This document shows positions 18,903-31,761 of a DNA stretch of 48,339 nucleotides, piece after piece. This DNA is from an uncultured Bacilli bacterium (GTDB taxonomy: Bacteria; Bacillota_I; Bacilli_A; RF39; UBA660). Where the stretch lies: positions 1 to 48,339 of the forward strand of contig CALVUN010000038.1 of NCBI GenBank assembly GCA_944363595.1. The letters run 5' to 3'. A program made the translations under genes and the position numbers. The notes under the pieces are model-generated. The model was not told the origin of the DNA and made no database searches. It was given only the letters and a program-made list of their open reading frames with translations. Position 1 is the stretch's first letter. Each line of letters starts with the position of its first letter.

Positions 18903-19805
18903 CTATTCAGCCTCACTAAAAATAGAAAAATCAAAATAGTGTGTTCCATCATTTATCAACTTTAAAGTCTCTGTATCTATTAAAAAGTATGTATCACGAT
19001 TAGTATTAATCTCAGTAACAGGATCATCCCAAGTAAGATCCAAATGATACCATTCACCATCCAAATAAACTAAATTCCAAATATGTTTGTCATTACTAAT
19101 ACGATAATTAATAATATTAAGTCTATTTAAAAAGATTGCCATTGCATCAGCATAACCACTGCAAATACCATATCCCTCTACTAATACCCCATAAGCAGTA
19201 TTAGATTTATAAGTTGTATCGTTAATATTATCACTTTTCAATGTATCATAATCAGCATTATCAATAATATAATCATGAATAACTTTAATTTTTTCCTTTG
19301 TTGGCATATTATTTGTTATTTTCTCATTAATTACTTTATCTACTATTCTATTAATTTCATCTATTTCTTCGTCGCTATACAAATGTTGAAATTCTAATTT
19401 AATCAAATCATTATCACCAGATATCGTAATTTTTTCAAAAGTATTAAAAGGATGAACAAAATTATTTAAAAGTGATAAAATTTCCGATTTATTAGCAATG
19501 TCTCCAACTTCAGCATAACAATTTGTATAATTTTTTGCACAATATTTTTCTGTTTCATCGACACCTAAATTTAAACTATAAAAAATTGCCGGTAAGATAT
19601 CATTTCTATCCCTTAATTCAAGACCAGAGTAGGGCTTAATATAATCAAAATTAACTTCCAGAGTATAATCATTTCCTTCTTGCTTTTCATAGAGCATTTT
19701 TGTCACGTTAGTATCTACTAAATAGACAATATCGTCTTTAAAAAAAGTACATATAGTAACTAATAAAATTAAAAATATACCTAAACCTAATATCACTTTG
19801 CGCAT
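18903..19805 (-). CDS. Transglutaminase-like cysteine peptidase domain protein, membrane anchored
   Basis: Candidate Cys-His-Asp triad in GICSGYADAMAIF, KHIWNLVYLDGEWYHLD and LTWDD. ATG at 19805 follows GGTGGTGGG. Confidence 0.75.
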   Translation of the reverse strand: MRKVILGLGIFLILLVTICTFFKDDIVYLVDTNVTKMLYEKQEGNDYTLEVNFDYIKPYSGLELRDRNDILPAIFYSLNLGVDETEKYCAKNYTNCYAEVGDIANKSEILSLLNNFVHPFNTFEKITISGDNDLIKLEFQHLYSDEEIDEINRIVDKVINEKITNNMPTKEKIKVIHDYIIDNADYDTLKSDNINDTTYKSNTAYGVLVEGYGICSGYADAMAIFLNRLNIINYRISNDKHIWNLVYLDGEWYHLDLTWDDPVTEINTNRDTYFLIDTETLKLINDGTHYFDFSIFSEAE

Positions 19806-19864
19806 TAAACCCACCACCTAGAATAATTATATCATAAAGAAAATAAAAAAAGAAGTAACTATTT

Positions 19865-20134
19865 CTATTTTACTTCCATTTTATTAACTTTTATTGTCAA
19901 ACGAGATTTCTCTCTGTCAACTTTATTCTTATGAATTAAGCCTTTAGATTTAGCATTATCTAAACTTTTAATAGCAAGCTTTAAACTAGCCATTGCTTTT
20001 TCTTTATCTCCACTTAAAACTGCTTTATCAGTATTCTTAATTGCATTTTTTACTGTTGACTTAAGTTGCTGATTAGCCAAAGTAGTTTTTCTAATTTGTT
20101 TAATCTTTTTTTCAGCATTCTTTACATTTGCCAA
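19865..20134 (-). CDS. rpsT: 30S ribosomal protein S20
   Basis: (M)ANVKNAEKKIKQIRKTTLANQQLKSTVKNAIK... A TTG start at 20134 sits 9 nt after AAGGAG and restores the canonical MAN(I/V)KSA N-terminus. The upstream ATG at 20143 directly abuts the SD. Confidence 0.85.
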   Translation of the reverse strand: MANVKNAEKKIKQIRKTTLANQQLKSTVKNAIKNTDKAVLSGDKEKAMASLKLAIKSLDNAKSKGLIHKNKVDREKSRLTIKVNKMEVK

Positions 20135-20238
20135 TTTGTTCATCTCCTTCCGATAACTAAATATAATTTTACCAAAAAAAAGGCAAAAAGGCAAATATTT
20201 TCTACTATTTTTGTGAAAAATATTATTGGGTGATACAA

Positions 20239-21264
20239 ATGAATAATGAAATAGATTTAAGTAAGCATAAAATAAGAACAGATTTAGCTATTGAAACACT
20301 TCCAAGTATGGAAAACTTAGATACATACATTAAAGATGAAAAAATAAAAGTAACTACTATCCAAGTAGATAAAAAATTATCCCAAAAAATAAATAAAAAA
20401 GAAGGAACGTATGTTACTATAGAATTTACAGACATAACAGATTATGATAATCGTGAAAAAGTAGGAAAAACTCTCGAAGAAGAAATAAAAAAAATGTTAA
20501 AATATAAAAAAATAACTCCCAATGATGAATGCCTTATCATAGGTTTAGGTAATGAAAAGTCTACTCCTGATGCTTTAGGTCCACTAACTATAAAAAATAT
20601 TTTAGTAACAAGACATTTATTTTTACTTGGAACAAAGGTTAAAAAAGGAATTCGTAAAGTATCCGCATTAAGTCCAGGTGTTATGGGAAATACAGGAATT
20701 GAAACGATAGATATTATTAAGAATATAGTAAAAACAATCAAACCAGCATTTGTTATTATTATAGATGCCCTAGCGGCTTCTTCTATTGAAAGAGTTAACA
20801 AAACCATTCAAATGACAGATTCAGGAATTGAACCAGGAAGTGGTGTAGGCAATTCACGAAAAGAAATAAATGAACAAATTTTAGGCATTCCTGTCTTAGC
20901 CATTGGTGTACCTACTGTTGTTGATTCATCGACGATTGTAAACGATACCATCCATTACTTATTAAAACATCTATCTTATATAAAAGATAACTATTCTAGA
21001 AATAAACTAATTGTTACAAGATCAAATTAATTAGAAAAAATTAAAGATAGTAATTTATCACCTAATGAAAGAAAAGAAGTAATAGGTATATTAGGTACAT
21101 TAAGTGAAGAAGAACAAAAAAAACTTATCGTAGAAGTATTAGAATCAATTAACTATAATATGATTGTAACTCCCAAAGAAATTGATTATCTAATTGAAAA
21201 ATTAAGTGATGTAATATCAAGTGCAATCAATAATGCTCTTCATCAAGAAATAACAAATTACTAA
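20239..21264 (+). pseudogene. gpr: Germination protease GPR interrupted by a single in-frame TAA at 21028-21030
   Basis: RTDLAIE.., GLGN..TPDALGP and IIDALAA lie in the 5' part. After the TAA the same frame continues LEKIKDSNLSPNERKEVIGILGTLSEEEQKKLIVEVLESINYNMIVTPKEIDYLIEKLSDVISSAINNALH, the conserved GPR C-terminus. Confidence 0.75.
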
Positions 21265-21327
21265 TAACTTTAAATATCGACAGATATCGCATTATCATGT
21301 ATTTATAATAGATAATAAGGTGATATT

Positions 21328-22368
21328 ATGGGTAAAATGAACTTAAAAAAAACTACCAACAAAAAATTTAAAATAAGATATCTTGTATATTTAACAATTA
21401 TTTATTTATCATTTTCCTTCACATTTTACTATGGCTTTAAAGATAAAGAAATAATTTCTAATGAAGAATTTATAAATTTAATTCTAAAAAGCAATAATCC
21501 CAACATGTTAAGTAATTATAAGGCTCCAAACATAATAAATAGTACTGTTAAATTTTTTCTAAATCTAGATTTTTCAAATCCCAGTAGTTTATTAAACATT
21601 CATCAATTTAAAAACAAAAATAATGAAGAAAAAACTAATCAAGCAGAAAATAATACCATTACAATTGAACATAATGATGATTATAGTAATATGGAAGAAT
21701 TAGAAGAAATAAGCAAATATATAGAAGACCCTAATCCAGTAGATACATCTAAACCCATTATCTATATATATAACTCACACCAATTAGAAAATTATGACAG
21801 TGCCAATTTAGAAATATATGGTATAACTCCAAATGTCCTTATGGCCTCGTATATTTTAAAAGAAAAACTAAATAATAAAGGTCTATCGACTATAGTTGAA
21901 GATACAAATTTAACAGAATTCTTACGGATTAACAATTGGGATCACGCATCAAGTTATAAAGCATCAAGGCTATTAATTTTAGATAAACAAAGCAAATATC
22001 CCTCATTAAAATATTTTATAGATATCCATAGAGATTCAGTAACTAAAGACATATCTACCATTACCATTAATGAAAAAAAATATGCCAAAATTCTTTTTGT
22101 TGTAGGCCTTGATCATGACAACTATCAACCCAATTTAGATGTTGCCAATGCCATTAATGATATAGCAAATTCAACTTACAATGGTCTTTCACGTGGCGTT
22201 TTAACAAAGACTGGTCCTACTGTCGATGGCGTATATAACCAAGATTTAAGTCCAAATAGTATTCTCATCGAAGTAGGTGGTTATGAAAATACTATTGAAG
22301 AAGTATTTAATACTATTGAAGCATTATCAGACATATTATATAAATATATAGGTGATGAAAATGGATAA
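21328..22368 (+). CDS. spoIIP: Stage II sporulation protein P (SpoIIP)
   Basis: N-terminal TM, then IYIYNSHQLENY.., IDIHRDS, ILFVVG and ILIEVGG. Same rpsT-gpr-spoIIP order as in Bacillus. Confidence 0.85.
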   Translation: MGKMNLKKTTNKKFKIRYLVYLTIIYLSFSFTFYYGFKDKEIISNEEFINLILKSNNPNMLSNYKAPNIINSTVKFFLNLDFSNPSSLLNIHQFKNKNNEEKTNQAENNTITIEHNDDYSNMEELEEISKYIEDPNPVDTSKPIIYIYNSHQLENYDSANLEIYGITPNVLMASYILKEKLNNKGLSTIVEDTNLTEFLRINNWDHASSYKASRLLILDKQSKYPSLKYFIDIHRDSVTKDISTITINEKKYAKILFVVGLDHDNYQPNLDVANAINDIANSTYNGLSRGVLTKTGPTVDGVYNQDLSPNSILIEVGGYENTIEEVFNTIEALSDILYKYIGDENG

Positions 22369-22696
22369 AAAAAAGAAAAGAAACAAAGTAGCCCGTTATA
22401 TATTTTTCTTTCTCTTTCTTTGTTTTATTGTTTCATATGCTATCTGTGAATCTGGCTATTACGAATATGAACTTGCTAATAAAAAAATCCTAACGGAGGA
22501 ACAAATTAAAAAATTCGAAGAAGACGTAGCTAATGGTAAAGATATCGATATTGAAGAGTATATAATTGAAACTCACACGGATTATACTAATAAATTTACT
22601 GATGCCACAACTAAAGTAGCAACAAGTATTAACAAATATTTAAAAGAAGGTATTGAGTCAATATTTGGTTTAGTAAGTGGCTTTGTCGAAGAATAA
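22361..22696 (+). CDS. YqxA-like (DUF3679) small membrane protein
   Basis: Occupies the position after spoIIP, as B. subtilis yqxA does. N-terminal TM; C-terminal NKFTDATTKVATSINKYLKEGIESIFGLV resembles the YqxA tail as I recall it. Confidence 0.45.
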   Translation: MDKKKKRNKVARYIFFFLFLCFIVSYAICESGYYEYELANKKILTEEQIKKFEEDVANGKDIDIEEYIIETHTDYTNKFTDATTKVATSINKYLKEGIESIFGLVSGFVEE

Positions 22697-22706
22697 AAAG
22701 ATGCAA

Positions 22707-22916
22707 CTATTGCATCCCTTTTTTAATATTATTAATAACTTCATCTTTAAATTCATCATTTCCATTAATCCAAGCAAGTTCAAATAATACACCAAGTCCA
22801 ATTAAAGGATCCTCATCTTTACTATCAATAGACATTTGAATTGCTTCTCTAATTTCCTTAGTAGTATCATTTTTAAAATTATCAATAATAAACTTTCTTA
22901 CATCAATATCTTTCAC
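22707..22916 (-). CDS. sspI: Small acid-soluble spore protein SspI family
   Basis: (M)KDIDVRKFIIDNFKNDTTKEIREAIQMSIDSKDEDPLIGLGVLFELAWINGND...; the LPGLGVLFE(V/L)(I/A)W core matches SspI. A GTG start at 22916 lies 5 nt after GGTGA. The longer track ORF would add an implausible hydrophobic leader. Confidence 0.7.
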   Translation of the reverse strand: MKDIDVRKFIIDNFKNDTTKEIREAIQMSIDSKDEDPLIGLGVLFELAWINGNDEFKDEVINNIKKGMQ

Positions 22917-23140
22917 ATTAATCACCAATAATAATATAACCCAAAAAAACAAAAGAATACTAATAAAATATAAACAATATAATATACTAAAAATAAAAAA
23001 ATACAAATATGATAAATAAGAATATCAAAAATAAAGCAAAGATAATTACCACTATTAATAAATTTAATAATAATCAATACCAAAATAAAAAAGTAAATTG
23101 CCAAAAATACAAAACTATTGTATACTTAATATGGTGATAA

Positions 23141-25138
<1,998 letters not shown>

Positions 25139-25200
25139 AAATATCACTAAAAATAAAAAAGAAATTCATTTGAATTTATTAAATTTATTTACAAAAAAAC

Positions 25201-25229
25201 TTGCCAAAAAACATAATTTATAGTATTAT
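25201..25229 (+). promoter_or_regulatory. Sigma-A type promoter of rpsO
   Basis: TTGCCA, 17 nt, TATTAT. Confidence 0.6.
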
Positions 25230-25238
25230 TATATTGTT

Positions 25239-25285
25239 CCTTATTCTTAGTTCTTCGTACCTCTTGCGGGTTACTAGGATTAAGG
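25239..25285 (+). promoter_or_regulatory. rpsO 5' leader stem-loop (candidate S15 autoregulatory structure)
   Basis: CCTTATTCTTAGT (25239-25251) pairs with ACTAGGATTAAGG (25273-25285): 13 positions with one mismatch and one G-U pair, just upstream of the SD. Confidence 0.4.
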
Positions 25286-25313
25286 TCTCAAAATAAAAAA
25301 GGAGGAAAAAAAT

Positions 25314-25583
25314 ATGGCATTAAAAAAAGAAGTTAAAGATGAAATAATAAAAAAATATGCAAGAGATGAAAAAGATACTGGTTCACCAGAAGTTCAAATC
25401 GCTCTTTTAACAGAAGAAATTAAGGCTTTAACAGAACATTTACAAAACCATAAACAAGATAAGCATTCAAAACGTGGTCTTTTAATGAAAGTTGGAAAAA
25501 GAAGAAGTTTATTAAACTACTTAATCCAAACAGATGTAAAAAGATATCGTGAGATTGTTGCTAAACTTGGCTTAAGAAAATAA
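25314..25583 (+). CDS. rpsO: 30S ribosomal protein S15
   Basis: [55 protein letters not shown].. Confidence 0.95.
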   Translation: MALKKEVKDEIIKKYARDEKDTGSPEVQIALLTEEIKALTEHLQNHKQDKHSKRGLLMKVGKRRSLLNYLIQTDVKRYREIVAKLGLRK

Positions 25584-25591
25584 ATAGGTAT

Positions 25592-25616
25592 AGGCACCCT
25601 TTTTGAGTGCCTTTTA
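25592..25616 (+). terminator. Terminator/attenuator hairpin between rpsO and pnp
   Basis: AGGCAC-loop-GTGCCT followed by TTTT. Confidence 0.6.
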
Positions 25617-25639
25617 ATGTGTAGAAAGTAGATGGTAGA

Positions 25640-27778
25640 ATGAGTAAAGAAGTATTTAAATTAAATTTTCATGGAAGAAAAATTATCGTTGAAATAGGGG
25701 AATTAGCTAAACAAGCTAGAGGAGCTGCTTTAGTAAAATATGAAGATACAGCTGTCTTAAGTGCAGCAGTAATGAGTAATAAAGCATCTTCAGCTGATTT
25801 CTTTCCCTTAACAATAAATTATCAAGAAAAATTATATTCTGTTGGTAAAATACCAGGAGGTTTTATAAAAAGGGAAGGTAGACCAACAGAGCAAGCAATA
25901 TTAGCAGCTCGTCTTATTGATAGACCTATCAGACCCCTTTTTGCAGAGGGATTTAGAAATGAAGTTCAGGTAATAAGTACTGTTTTATCTGTTGATCAAG
26001 ATTGTACACCAGAAATGACAGCTCTTTTAGGTTCTTCAATTGCCTTGTGCGTAAGCGATATACCATTTGATGGACCAGTTGCAGGAGTAGTTGTTGGCCG
26101 CGTCGATGGAAAATTTATAATAAATCCAAGTGTCAGTGAATTAGAAAAAAGTGATATTAATCTTTCTGTCGCTGGTACTAAAGATGCAATAAATATGGTC
26201 GAATCAGGTTCTAAAGAAGTTAGTGAAGAAGATATGGTTGACGCCATTATGTTTGGACACGAAGCCATTAAAGAGTTAATTGCTTTTGAAGAAGAAATAA
26301 TTGCTAAAGTAGGTAAAGAAAAAATTGCCGTAACTCTAGCCGTTATACCTGAAGAATTGACTAAAGAGGTTGAAGACTATGCTAAGAAACGCATGTGTGA
26401 AGCTATTCAAATAAAAGATAAAATTGAAAAATATAATGCAATTGATAGCTTAAAAGAAGAAACTGTAAATTATTTCACCGAGAAATATAAAGACGACGAA
26501 GAATTAGAAACAATTATTAAAAATGTATCAACTATTGTTAATAATATCGAAGGTAGCGAAGTAAGAAGGCTAATAACTGAAGAAAAAATTCGCCCCGATG
26601 GTCGCGCTATGGATGAAATTAGAGACTTATCAGCATCAGTAGATATTTTAGCAAGAACTCACGGGTCTGCATTATTTACCCGAGGTCAAACTCAAGTCTT
26701 ATCGACAACCACATTAGGTGCTTTAGGAGAACATCAAATTCTAGACGGATTAGGTATTGAAGAAGAAAAAAGATTTATGCATCATTACAATTTCCCACAA
26801 TTTTCTGTTGGCGAAGTAGGTCGTTATGGTTCTCCAGGACGAAGAGAGATAGGACATGGAGCTTTAGGAGAAAGAGCACTTTCCCAAGTAATTCCAAGTG
26901 AAGAAGAATTCCCATATACAATAAGAGTAGTATCAGAAGTACTAGAAAGTAATGGTTCATCATCACAAGCAAGTATCTGTGCTGGGTGTCTATCATTAAT
27001 GGCTGCTGGAGTTCCTATCAAAGCTCCTGTCGCTGGAATTGCCATGGGATTAATAACTCAAGGAGATAAATATACCATCTTAACAGATATCCAAGGTTTA
27101 GAAGATCATATGGGTGATATGGATTTCAAAGTTGCCGGCACAAGAAAAGGCATCTGTGCTATGCAAATGGATATAAAAATCAAAGGTGTTACCAAACAAA
27201 TAATGGCTGAAGCTTTAGCTCAAGCTAAGAAAGCCCGTTTTCAAATTCTTGATGTTATGGAAAATACTATTAAAGAGCCACGTAAAGAATTAAGTAAATA
27301 TGCACCAAAAATAGCCCAAATCCATATAAATCCTGAGAAAATCAAAGATGTCATAGGCCGTGGAGGAGAAACTATTACTAAAATTATTCAAGATGCATCA
27401 AATGTAATATCTGTAAACGATAAAAATGCCGTAAAAGTAGATTTAGAAGATGATGGAAGAGTTATTATTTATCATCAAGACCAATCAATTATTGATAAGA
27501 CAATAAAACTAATTGAAGATGCTGCTAGAGAAGTAGAAATAGGAAAAATATACACTTGTAAGGTTGTTAAAATAGAAGATTTTGGCTGCTTTGTTGAATT
27601 ATGGCCTGGCTGTGAAGCATTAATTCATATTTCACAATTAGACACCAAAAGAGTAGGTAAAACAAGTGACGTAGTTAAGGTTGGCGATGAAATAATTGCC
27701 AAAGCCATTGGCTATGACAAAAAAGGAAAACTAAACCTATCTCGCAAAGAAGTATTAGCTCATGAAAAAAAGAGTTAA
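25640..27778 (+). CDS. pnp: Polyribonucleotide nucleotidyltransferase (PNPase)
   Basis: Two RNase PH domains (..[26 protein letters not shown]..), then KH (..[10 protein letters not shown]..) and S1 (..G.IY...V..IEDFG.FVEL..) domains. Confidence 0.95.
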   Translation: MSKEVFKLNFHGRKIIVEIGELAKQARGAALVKYEDTAVLSAAVMSNKASSADFFPLTINYQEKLYSVGKIPGGFIKREGRPTEQAILAARLIDRPIRPLFAEGFRNEVQVISTVLSVDQDCTPEMTALLGSSIALCVSDIPFDGPVAGVVVGRVDGKFIINPSVSELEKSDINLSVAGTKDAINMVESGSKEVSEEDMVDAIMFGHEAIKELIAFEEEIIAKVGKEKIAVTLAVIPEELTKEVEDYAKKRMCEAIQIKDKIEKYNAIDSLKEETVNYFTEKYKDDEELETIIKNVSTIVNNIEGSEVRRLITEEKIRPDGRAMDEIRDLSASVDILARTHGSALFTRGQTQVLSTTTLGALGEHQILDGLGIEEEKRFMHHYNFPQFSVGEVGRYGSPGRREIGHGALGERALSQVIPSEEEFPYTIRVVSEVLESNGSSSQASICAGCLSLMAAGVPIKAPVAGIAMGLITQGDKYTILTDIQGLEDHMGDMDFKVAGTRKGICAMQMDIKIKGVTKQIMAEALAQAKKARFQILDVMENTIKEPRKELSKYAPKIAQIHINPEKIKDVIGRGGETITKIIQDASNVISVNDKNAVKVDLEDDGRVIIYHQDQSIIDKTIKLIEDAAREVEIGKIYTCKVVKIEDFGCFVELWPGCEALIHISQLDTKRVGKTSDVVKVGDEIIAKAIGYDKKGKLNLSRKEVLAHEKKS

Positions 27779-27841
27779 TACTTTTTTTATAATAAAAGTA
27801 AAATAATAAAAAAAAACACATATAATTTACTAGGTGGTAAA

Positions 27842-28678
27842 ATGAAAGAGACAATTAAGATGATTGGTCTTATTACCTTAATATGTTTTAGTTTTTTTTA
27901 TACAGATAAAGTTATTAATGTCATAAATGAACAAGACCCCATCATGATTAAAATTAATGACGTTAAAGATAAATACAATATTCCTAGCATTAATGCTACT
28001 ATAACTGAAGATACCATCATACCAGGCATTAATGGTCAAGAAGTAGATGTCGAAAAAAGTTACAATAACATGCGTGAAATAGGAATATTTAAAAGCAACT
28101 TATTAATATATAAAGAAGTATCTCCCCAAATTAAATTATCAGAAAATTATGATAAATATATCATATCAGGTAATAATAAAATAAATAATGTCAGCATTAT
28201 TATGACAATAAATGATTCAAATATTAATAAATTATCAAAACTAAACAATCAAAATCTATGCCTTTTTATTGATAATGATACCTTATCTAAAAATTTAAGT
28301 AGCATTAAAGAACTAAAAAATACAAGTGTTTATCCATATGGCAATAATGGAACATATCAAGAAGATATTTTAACATTATCCAATAATTTAATAGAAAAAA
28401 ATACAAATAATAAACCATTATATTGCTTATCACTAACAAAAAATAATGAAACACTAAAAGTATGTAAAAACAAAAAAATGCATACTATTATTCCAAGCAT
28501 CAATGGTGAAAATAATGCTTATAATATAATTAAAAACAAAATCAAAAATGGTTCAATTATTTATTTAAAAACTGATAGCAAAACATTAACAGAATTAAAT
28601 GAAATAATAAACAATATAAAAAGTAAAGGATATCATATTGTATCACTAGAAAAATTATTAAGTGAAAATATAAATTAA
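27842..28678 (+). CDS. YlxY-like polysaccharide deacetylase homolog with degenerate catalytic motifs
   Basis: Sits after pnp, as ylxY does in Bacillus. IIPGINGQEVDVEKSYNNM.. and the C-terminal GSIIYLK...LNEIINNIKSKGYHIVSLEKLL match NodB-type proteins. The TFDD and H-x-x-x-H positions read MTINDSN and YPYGNNGTYQ. Confidence 0.45.
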   Translation: MKETIKMIGLITLICFSFFYTDKVINVINEQDPIMIKINDVKDKYNIPSINATITEDTIIPGINGQEVDVEKSYNNMREIGIFKSNLLIYKEVSPQIKLSENYDKYIISGNNKINNVSIIMTINDSNINKLSKLNNQNLCLFIDNDTLSKNLSSIKELKNTSVYPYGNNGTYQEDILTLSNNLIEKNTNNKPLYCLSLTKNNETLKVCKNKKMHTIIPSINGENNAYNIIKNKIKNGSIIYLKTDSKTLTELNEIINNIKSKGYHIVSLEKLLSENIN

Positions 28679-28769
28679 ATAAAAGTTAAAAAAACTTTTA
28701 TTTTTTTCAATATTATAAAGGAAATTCCCTTTTTATCAATAATAATATAGGTAGAAAGGAGGAAAGACC

Positions 28770-29486
28770 ATGTCGAAATTTTTAAAAAAATATAAATATA
28801 TTATCACGATTATCTTAATAATAACAACTGTTTTCACAATTATTGTTGCAAAAAATAATCTCGTCATGGCAAGTGATGGCAGTAGTTATTTAGTTACAGA
28901 TGACTTACAAGTTAAAGAAGAAACTTCAGAAGCAGAAAATACCAATGAAGAAAATAAAACAATGTATGTAGAAATAAAAGGAGCGGTTAAAAAACCAGGT
29001 GTTTATCCTATTGAAGAAAATAATCGTGTCATTGATATTATCAAAACCGCTGGTGGTATAACAGAAAATGCAGATCTTTCGGTAACTAATCAGGCAAGAT
29101 TGCTAGAAGATCAAGACATAATAATAATTTATACCAAAGAAGAAGTTACTAATTGCCAAAAAAACAACCAAACCAATAATCAACAAGAAACAAATTGTAC
29201 AATTTACAAACCAGATATTAAAACAGACGAATGTCCAACCCCTTTTACTGAAGATAGCAAAAGTGAACAAGATGTAACAAATAGTGAGTTAAATACAAAA
29301 GTAAATATCAATACCGCATCACTTGAAGAATTAACTACATTAAACGGAATAGGTGAAACCAAAGCTGAAGACATTATCAATTATCGTAACGAACACGGCT
29401 CATTTTCAAGTATTGAAGAATTAATGAATGTATCAGGTATTGGTGAAAGCACATATGAAAAAATTAAAGACAATATTACAACATAG
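28770..29486 (+). CDS. comEA: Competence protein ComEA (SLBB plus tandem HhH DNA-binding domain)
   Basis: TM, SLBB (VEIKGAVKKPGVY..), then VNINTASLEELTTLNGIGETKAEDIINYRNEHGSFSSIEELMNVSGIGESTYEKIK. Confidence 0.9.
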   Translation: MSKFLKKYKYIITIILIITTVFTIIVAKNNLVMASDGSSYLVTDDLQVKEETSEAENTNEENKTMYVEIKGAVKKPGVYPIEENNRVIDIIKTAGGITENADLSVTNQARLLEDQDIIIIYTKEEVTNCQKNNQTNNQQETNCTIYKPDIKTDECPTPFTEDSKSEQDVTNSELNTKVNINTASLEELTTLNGIGETKAEDIINYRNEHGSFSSIEELMNVSGIGESTYEKIKDNITT

Positions 29487-31527
29487 ATATACATTCAAAA
29501 TAATTGCCTTAATAAGCATTACATATATGATTATTATGACAAATTTTGTCTCTTATCAAAGTATGTATAATAAAAATACCACAACAATCGAAGGTACCAT
29601 TAGTGATTATCAAATATCGGATTCTAAAATATTTATTACAATAAATGCCAAAGAAAAAATTGTAGGAACATATTATTTTAAAAATTCTCAAGAGTATGAA
29701 TATTATCTTCAAAATCTAACTTTAGGAGATACTTTCAAAATTGAAGGAGAATTAACCATCCCATATCGAAATACCGTTCCCAATACCTTTAATTATCAAA
29801 AATATTTATATCAAAACCACATTTATTATCAAATTAAAATTAAGAAACTAACTAAAATAAAAAATAATACTAGTATTATTAACCATGTCCGAACGAAAAT
29901 AAACAATTATCTAGATAATATTGATAATACAGGATATTTAAAAACATTTATTTTAGGAAATACAGATACATTAAATGAAGAAGTAATGACATCATATCAA
30001 GATAATGGCTTATCGCATCTTTTCTCAATATCAGGTATGCATATAAATCTTCTAGTAGCACTGATTTTAAGCTTATTAAAAAAAATATCATATAATCATT
30101 TTTATAATTATACAATTACCTTTGTCGTTATCATGTCCTATGGAGTTATTATAAATTTTGGAGCATCAGTTATAAGAACTATTGTAATGTTTGTTGTATT
30201 TACCATTAACAAATTATTTAATTTTAAAATAAAAAGTATCGATCTTATGCTACTAGTTTTAAGTATTATTATTATTTTAGATCCATTTATATTCCATAAT
30301 ATTGGATTCCAATTTTCTTATATAACAAGTTTTACTTTAATATTATTAAGTAAAAAAATAAAAAAACATCATAACTATTTTATTAAAACACTATATACGT
30401 CTTTTATTTGTACATTAGTATCATTACCAATATGCCTTGCCAATTTCTATCAAATAAGTATTATCAGTACAATATTAAATATATTTTATATTCCATTTGT
30501 AAGCTATATAGTTTTCCCTTTGTGTATTATATCTTTTGTGTTACCAATAATAATACCAATATTAAATTTTTTTACTAATATTTTAGAACAAGTTTCTCTT
30601 TTTACAAATAACATTCCATATACCAAATTAATATTATCTAAACCAACAGTTATTCTAATAATATGTTATTATTTGATAATTTATTTAGCCTTATACCATC
30701 CCAAATACATTATTCTTTTAGTTTTACTAATATCATTTCACAAAATAAGTATATATTTAAATCCATTTATGAATATTACATTTTTAGATGTAGGTCAAGG
30801 GGACAGCATTTTAATTAGTTATCCCCATAATCAACTAAACATACTAATAGACACAGGAGGAAGTTATTACAGTCAAAATTATAGTATTGTCCAAAGTAAA
30901 ACAATACCATACTTAAAAAGCCAAGGTATCACAAAAATTGATTATTTAATTATAAGTCATGGTGATTATGATCACATAGGTGAAGCCACTAACTTGATTA
31001 ATAAATTCAAAGTAGACAAAGTCATTTTTAATAATGACGATTATAACGAAATAGAAAAAGAACTTATAAATGTATTAAATAATAAAAACATAAAGTACTA
31101 TCAAAATATCCAAGAAATAACTACTAAAATAAATAAATTATATATTTTAAATAATCAATTGTACGATAATGAAAATGATAACTCAAATGTAATTTATTTT
31201 TCATATAATAAATTTAAAATGCTATTAATGGGTGATGCTGGAGTTGAAGTAGAAGAAGATCTTTTAAAAAAATATAGTATAAATAATATTAATGTACTAA
31301 AAGTTGGCCATCATGGAAGTAAAACAAGTACAAGTAAAAAATTTATTGAAAATATAAATCCTCAATTTGCAGTTATATCCGTCGGTAAAAATAACCGTTA
31401 TGGTCATCCCAATAATGAAGTATTAGATTACTTATCTAGATCCAAAATTTATCGAACTGACGTTGATGGAAGTATAATATTTAAAATAAATAAAAATAAA
31501 ATAATTATAAATACATGTGAACCATAA
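29455..31527 (+). CDS. comEC: DNA internalization-related competence protein ComEC/Rec2
   Basis: Polytopic competence domain (..GLSHLFSISGMHI..) plus a C-terminal MBL domain (FLDVGQGDS.., HGDYDHIGE, VGHHGS). ATG at 29455 overlaps the comEA end. Confidence 0.9.
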   Translation: MKKLKTILQHRYTFKIIALISITYMIIMTNFVSYQSMYNKNTTTIEGTISDYQISDSKIFITINAKEKIVGTYYFKNSQEYEYYLQNLTLGDTFKIEGELTIPYRNTVPNTFNYQKYLYQNHIYYQIKIKKLTKIKNNTSIINHVRTKINNYLDNIDNTGYLKTFILGNTDTLNEEVMTSYQDNGLSHLFSISGMHINLLVALILSLLKKISYNHFYNYTITFVVIMSYGVIINFGASVIRTIVMFVVFTINKLFNFKIKSIDLMLLVLSIIIILDPFIFHNIGFQFSYITSFTLILLSKKIKKHHNYFIKTLYTSFICTLVSLPICLANFYQISIISTILNIFYIPFVSYIVFPLCIISFVLPIIIPILNFFTNILEQVSLFTNNIPYTKLILSKPTVILIICYYLIIYLALYHPKYIILLVLLISFHKISIYLNPFMNITFLDVGQGDSILISYPHNQLNILIDTGGSYYSQNYSIVQSKTIPYLKSQGITKIDYLIISHGDYDHIGEATNLINKFKVDKVIFNNDDYNEIEKELINVLNNKNIKYYQNIQEITTKINKLYILNNQLYDNENDNSNVIYFSYNKFKMLLMGDAGVEVEEDLLKKYSINNINVLKVGHHGSKTSTSKKFIENINPQFAVISVGKNNRYGHPNNEVLDYLSRSKIYRTDVDGSIIFKINKNKIIINTCEP

Positions 31528-31726
31528 TAATAAATAATTATATAAAATTATGTAATATTTTATTTTTAAAACAAATATAATAATTATAAAGAATAATATA
31601 ATTAAATATAAATATAATAATAAAGTAAAAAGCTAATCAAAAAAACTATACTATTACAAAAAAAATACATAAAATATAATGAGCCGTGGAATCGTGGAAC
31701 AATTGATTCTACGTTTAATATAAATA

Positions 31727-31759
31727 AAGGACTAATAAATTATAGTCCTTTTCCTTTTT
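31727..31759 (+). terminator. Rho-independent terminator 200 nt downstream of comEC
   Basis: AAGGACTA-loop-TAGTCCTT followed by TTCCTTTTT. Confidence 0.55.
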
Positions 31760-31761
31760 GT

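Noticed and set aside
20135-20238. Forespore sigma-F/G promoter upstream of gpr and the direct repeat GGCAAA-aa-GGCAAA
   Set aside because: Only a loose resemblance (CAAATA, 18 nt, AAAAATA) to the sigma-G consensus, which is too weak in AT-rich DNA to report as a feature.
21028-21030. Stop-codon reassignment or an alternative genetic code as the explanation for the in-frame TAA in gpr
   Set aside because: Many genes whose ends I checked terminate at TAA at the expected length, TGG is used for Trp, and no other conserved gene shows internal stops. An isolated nonsense mutation or a sequencing error is more parsimonious.
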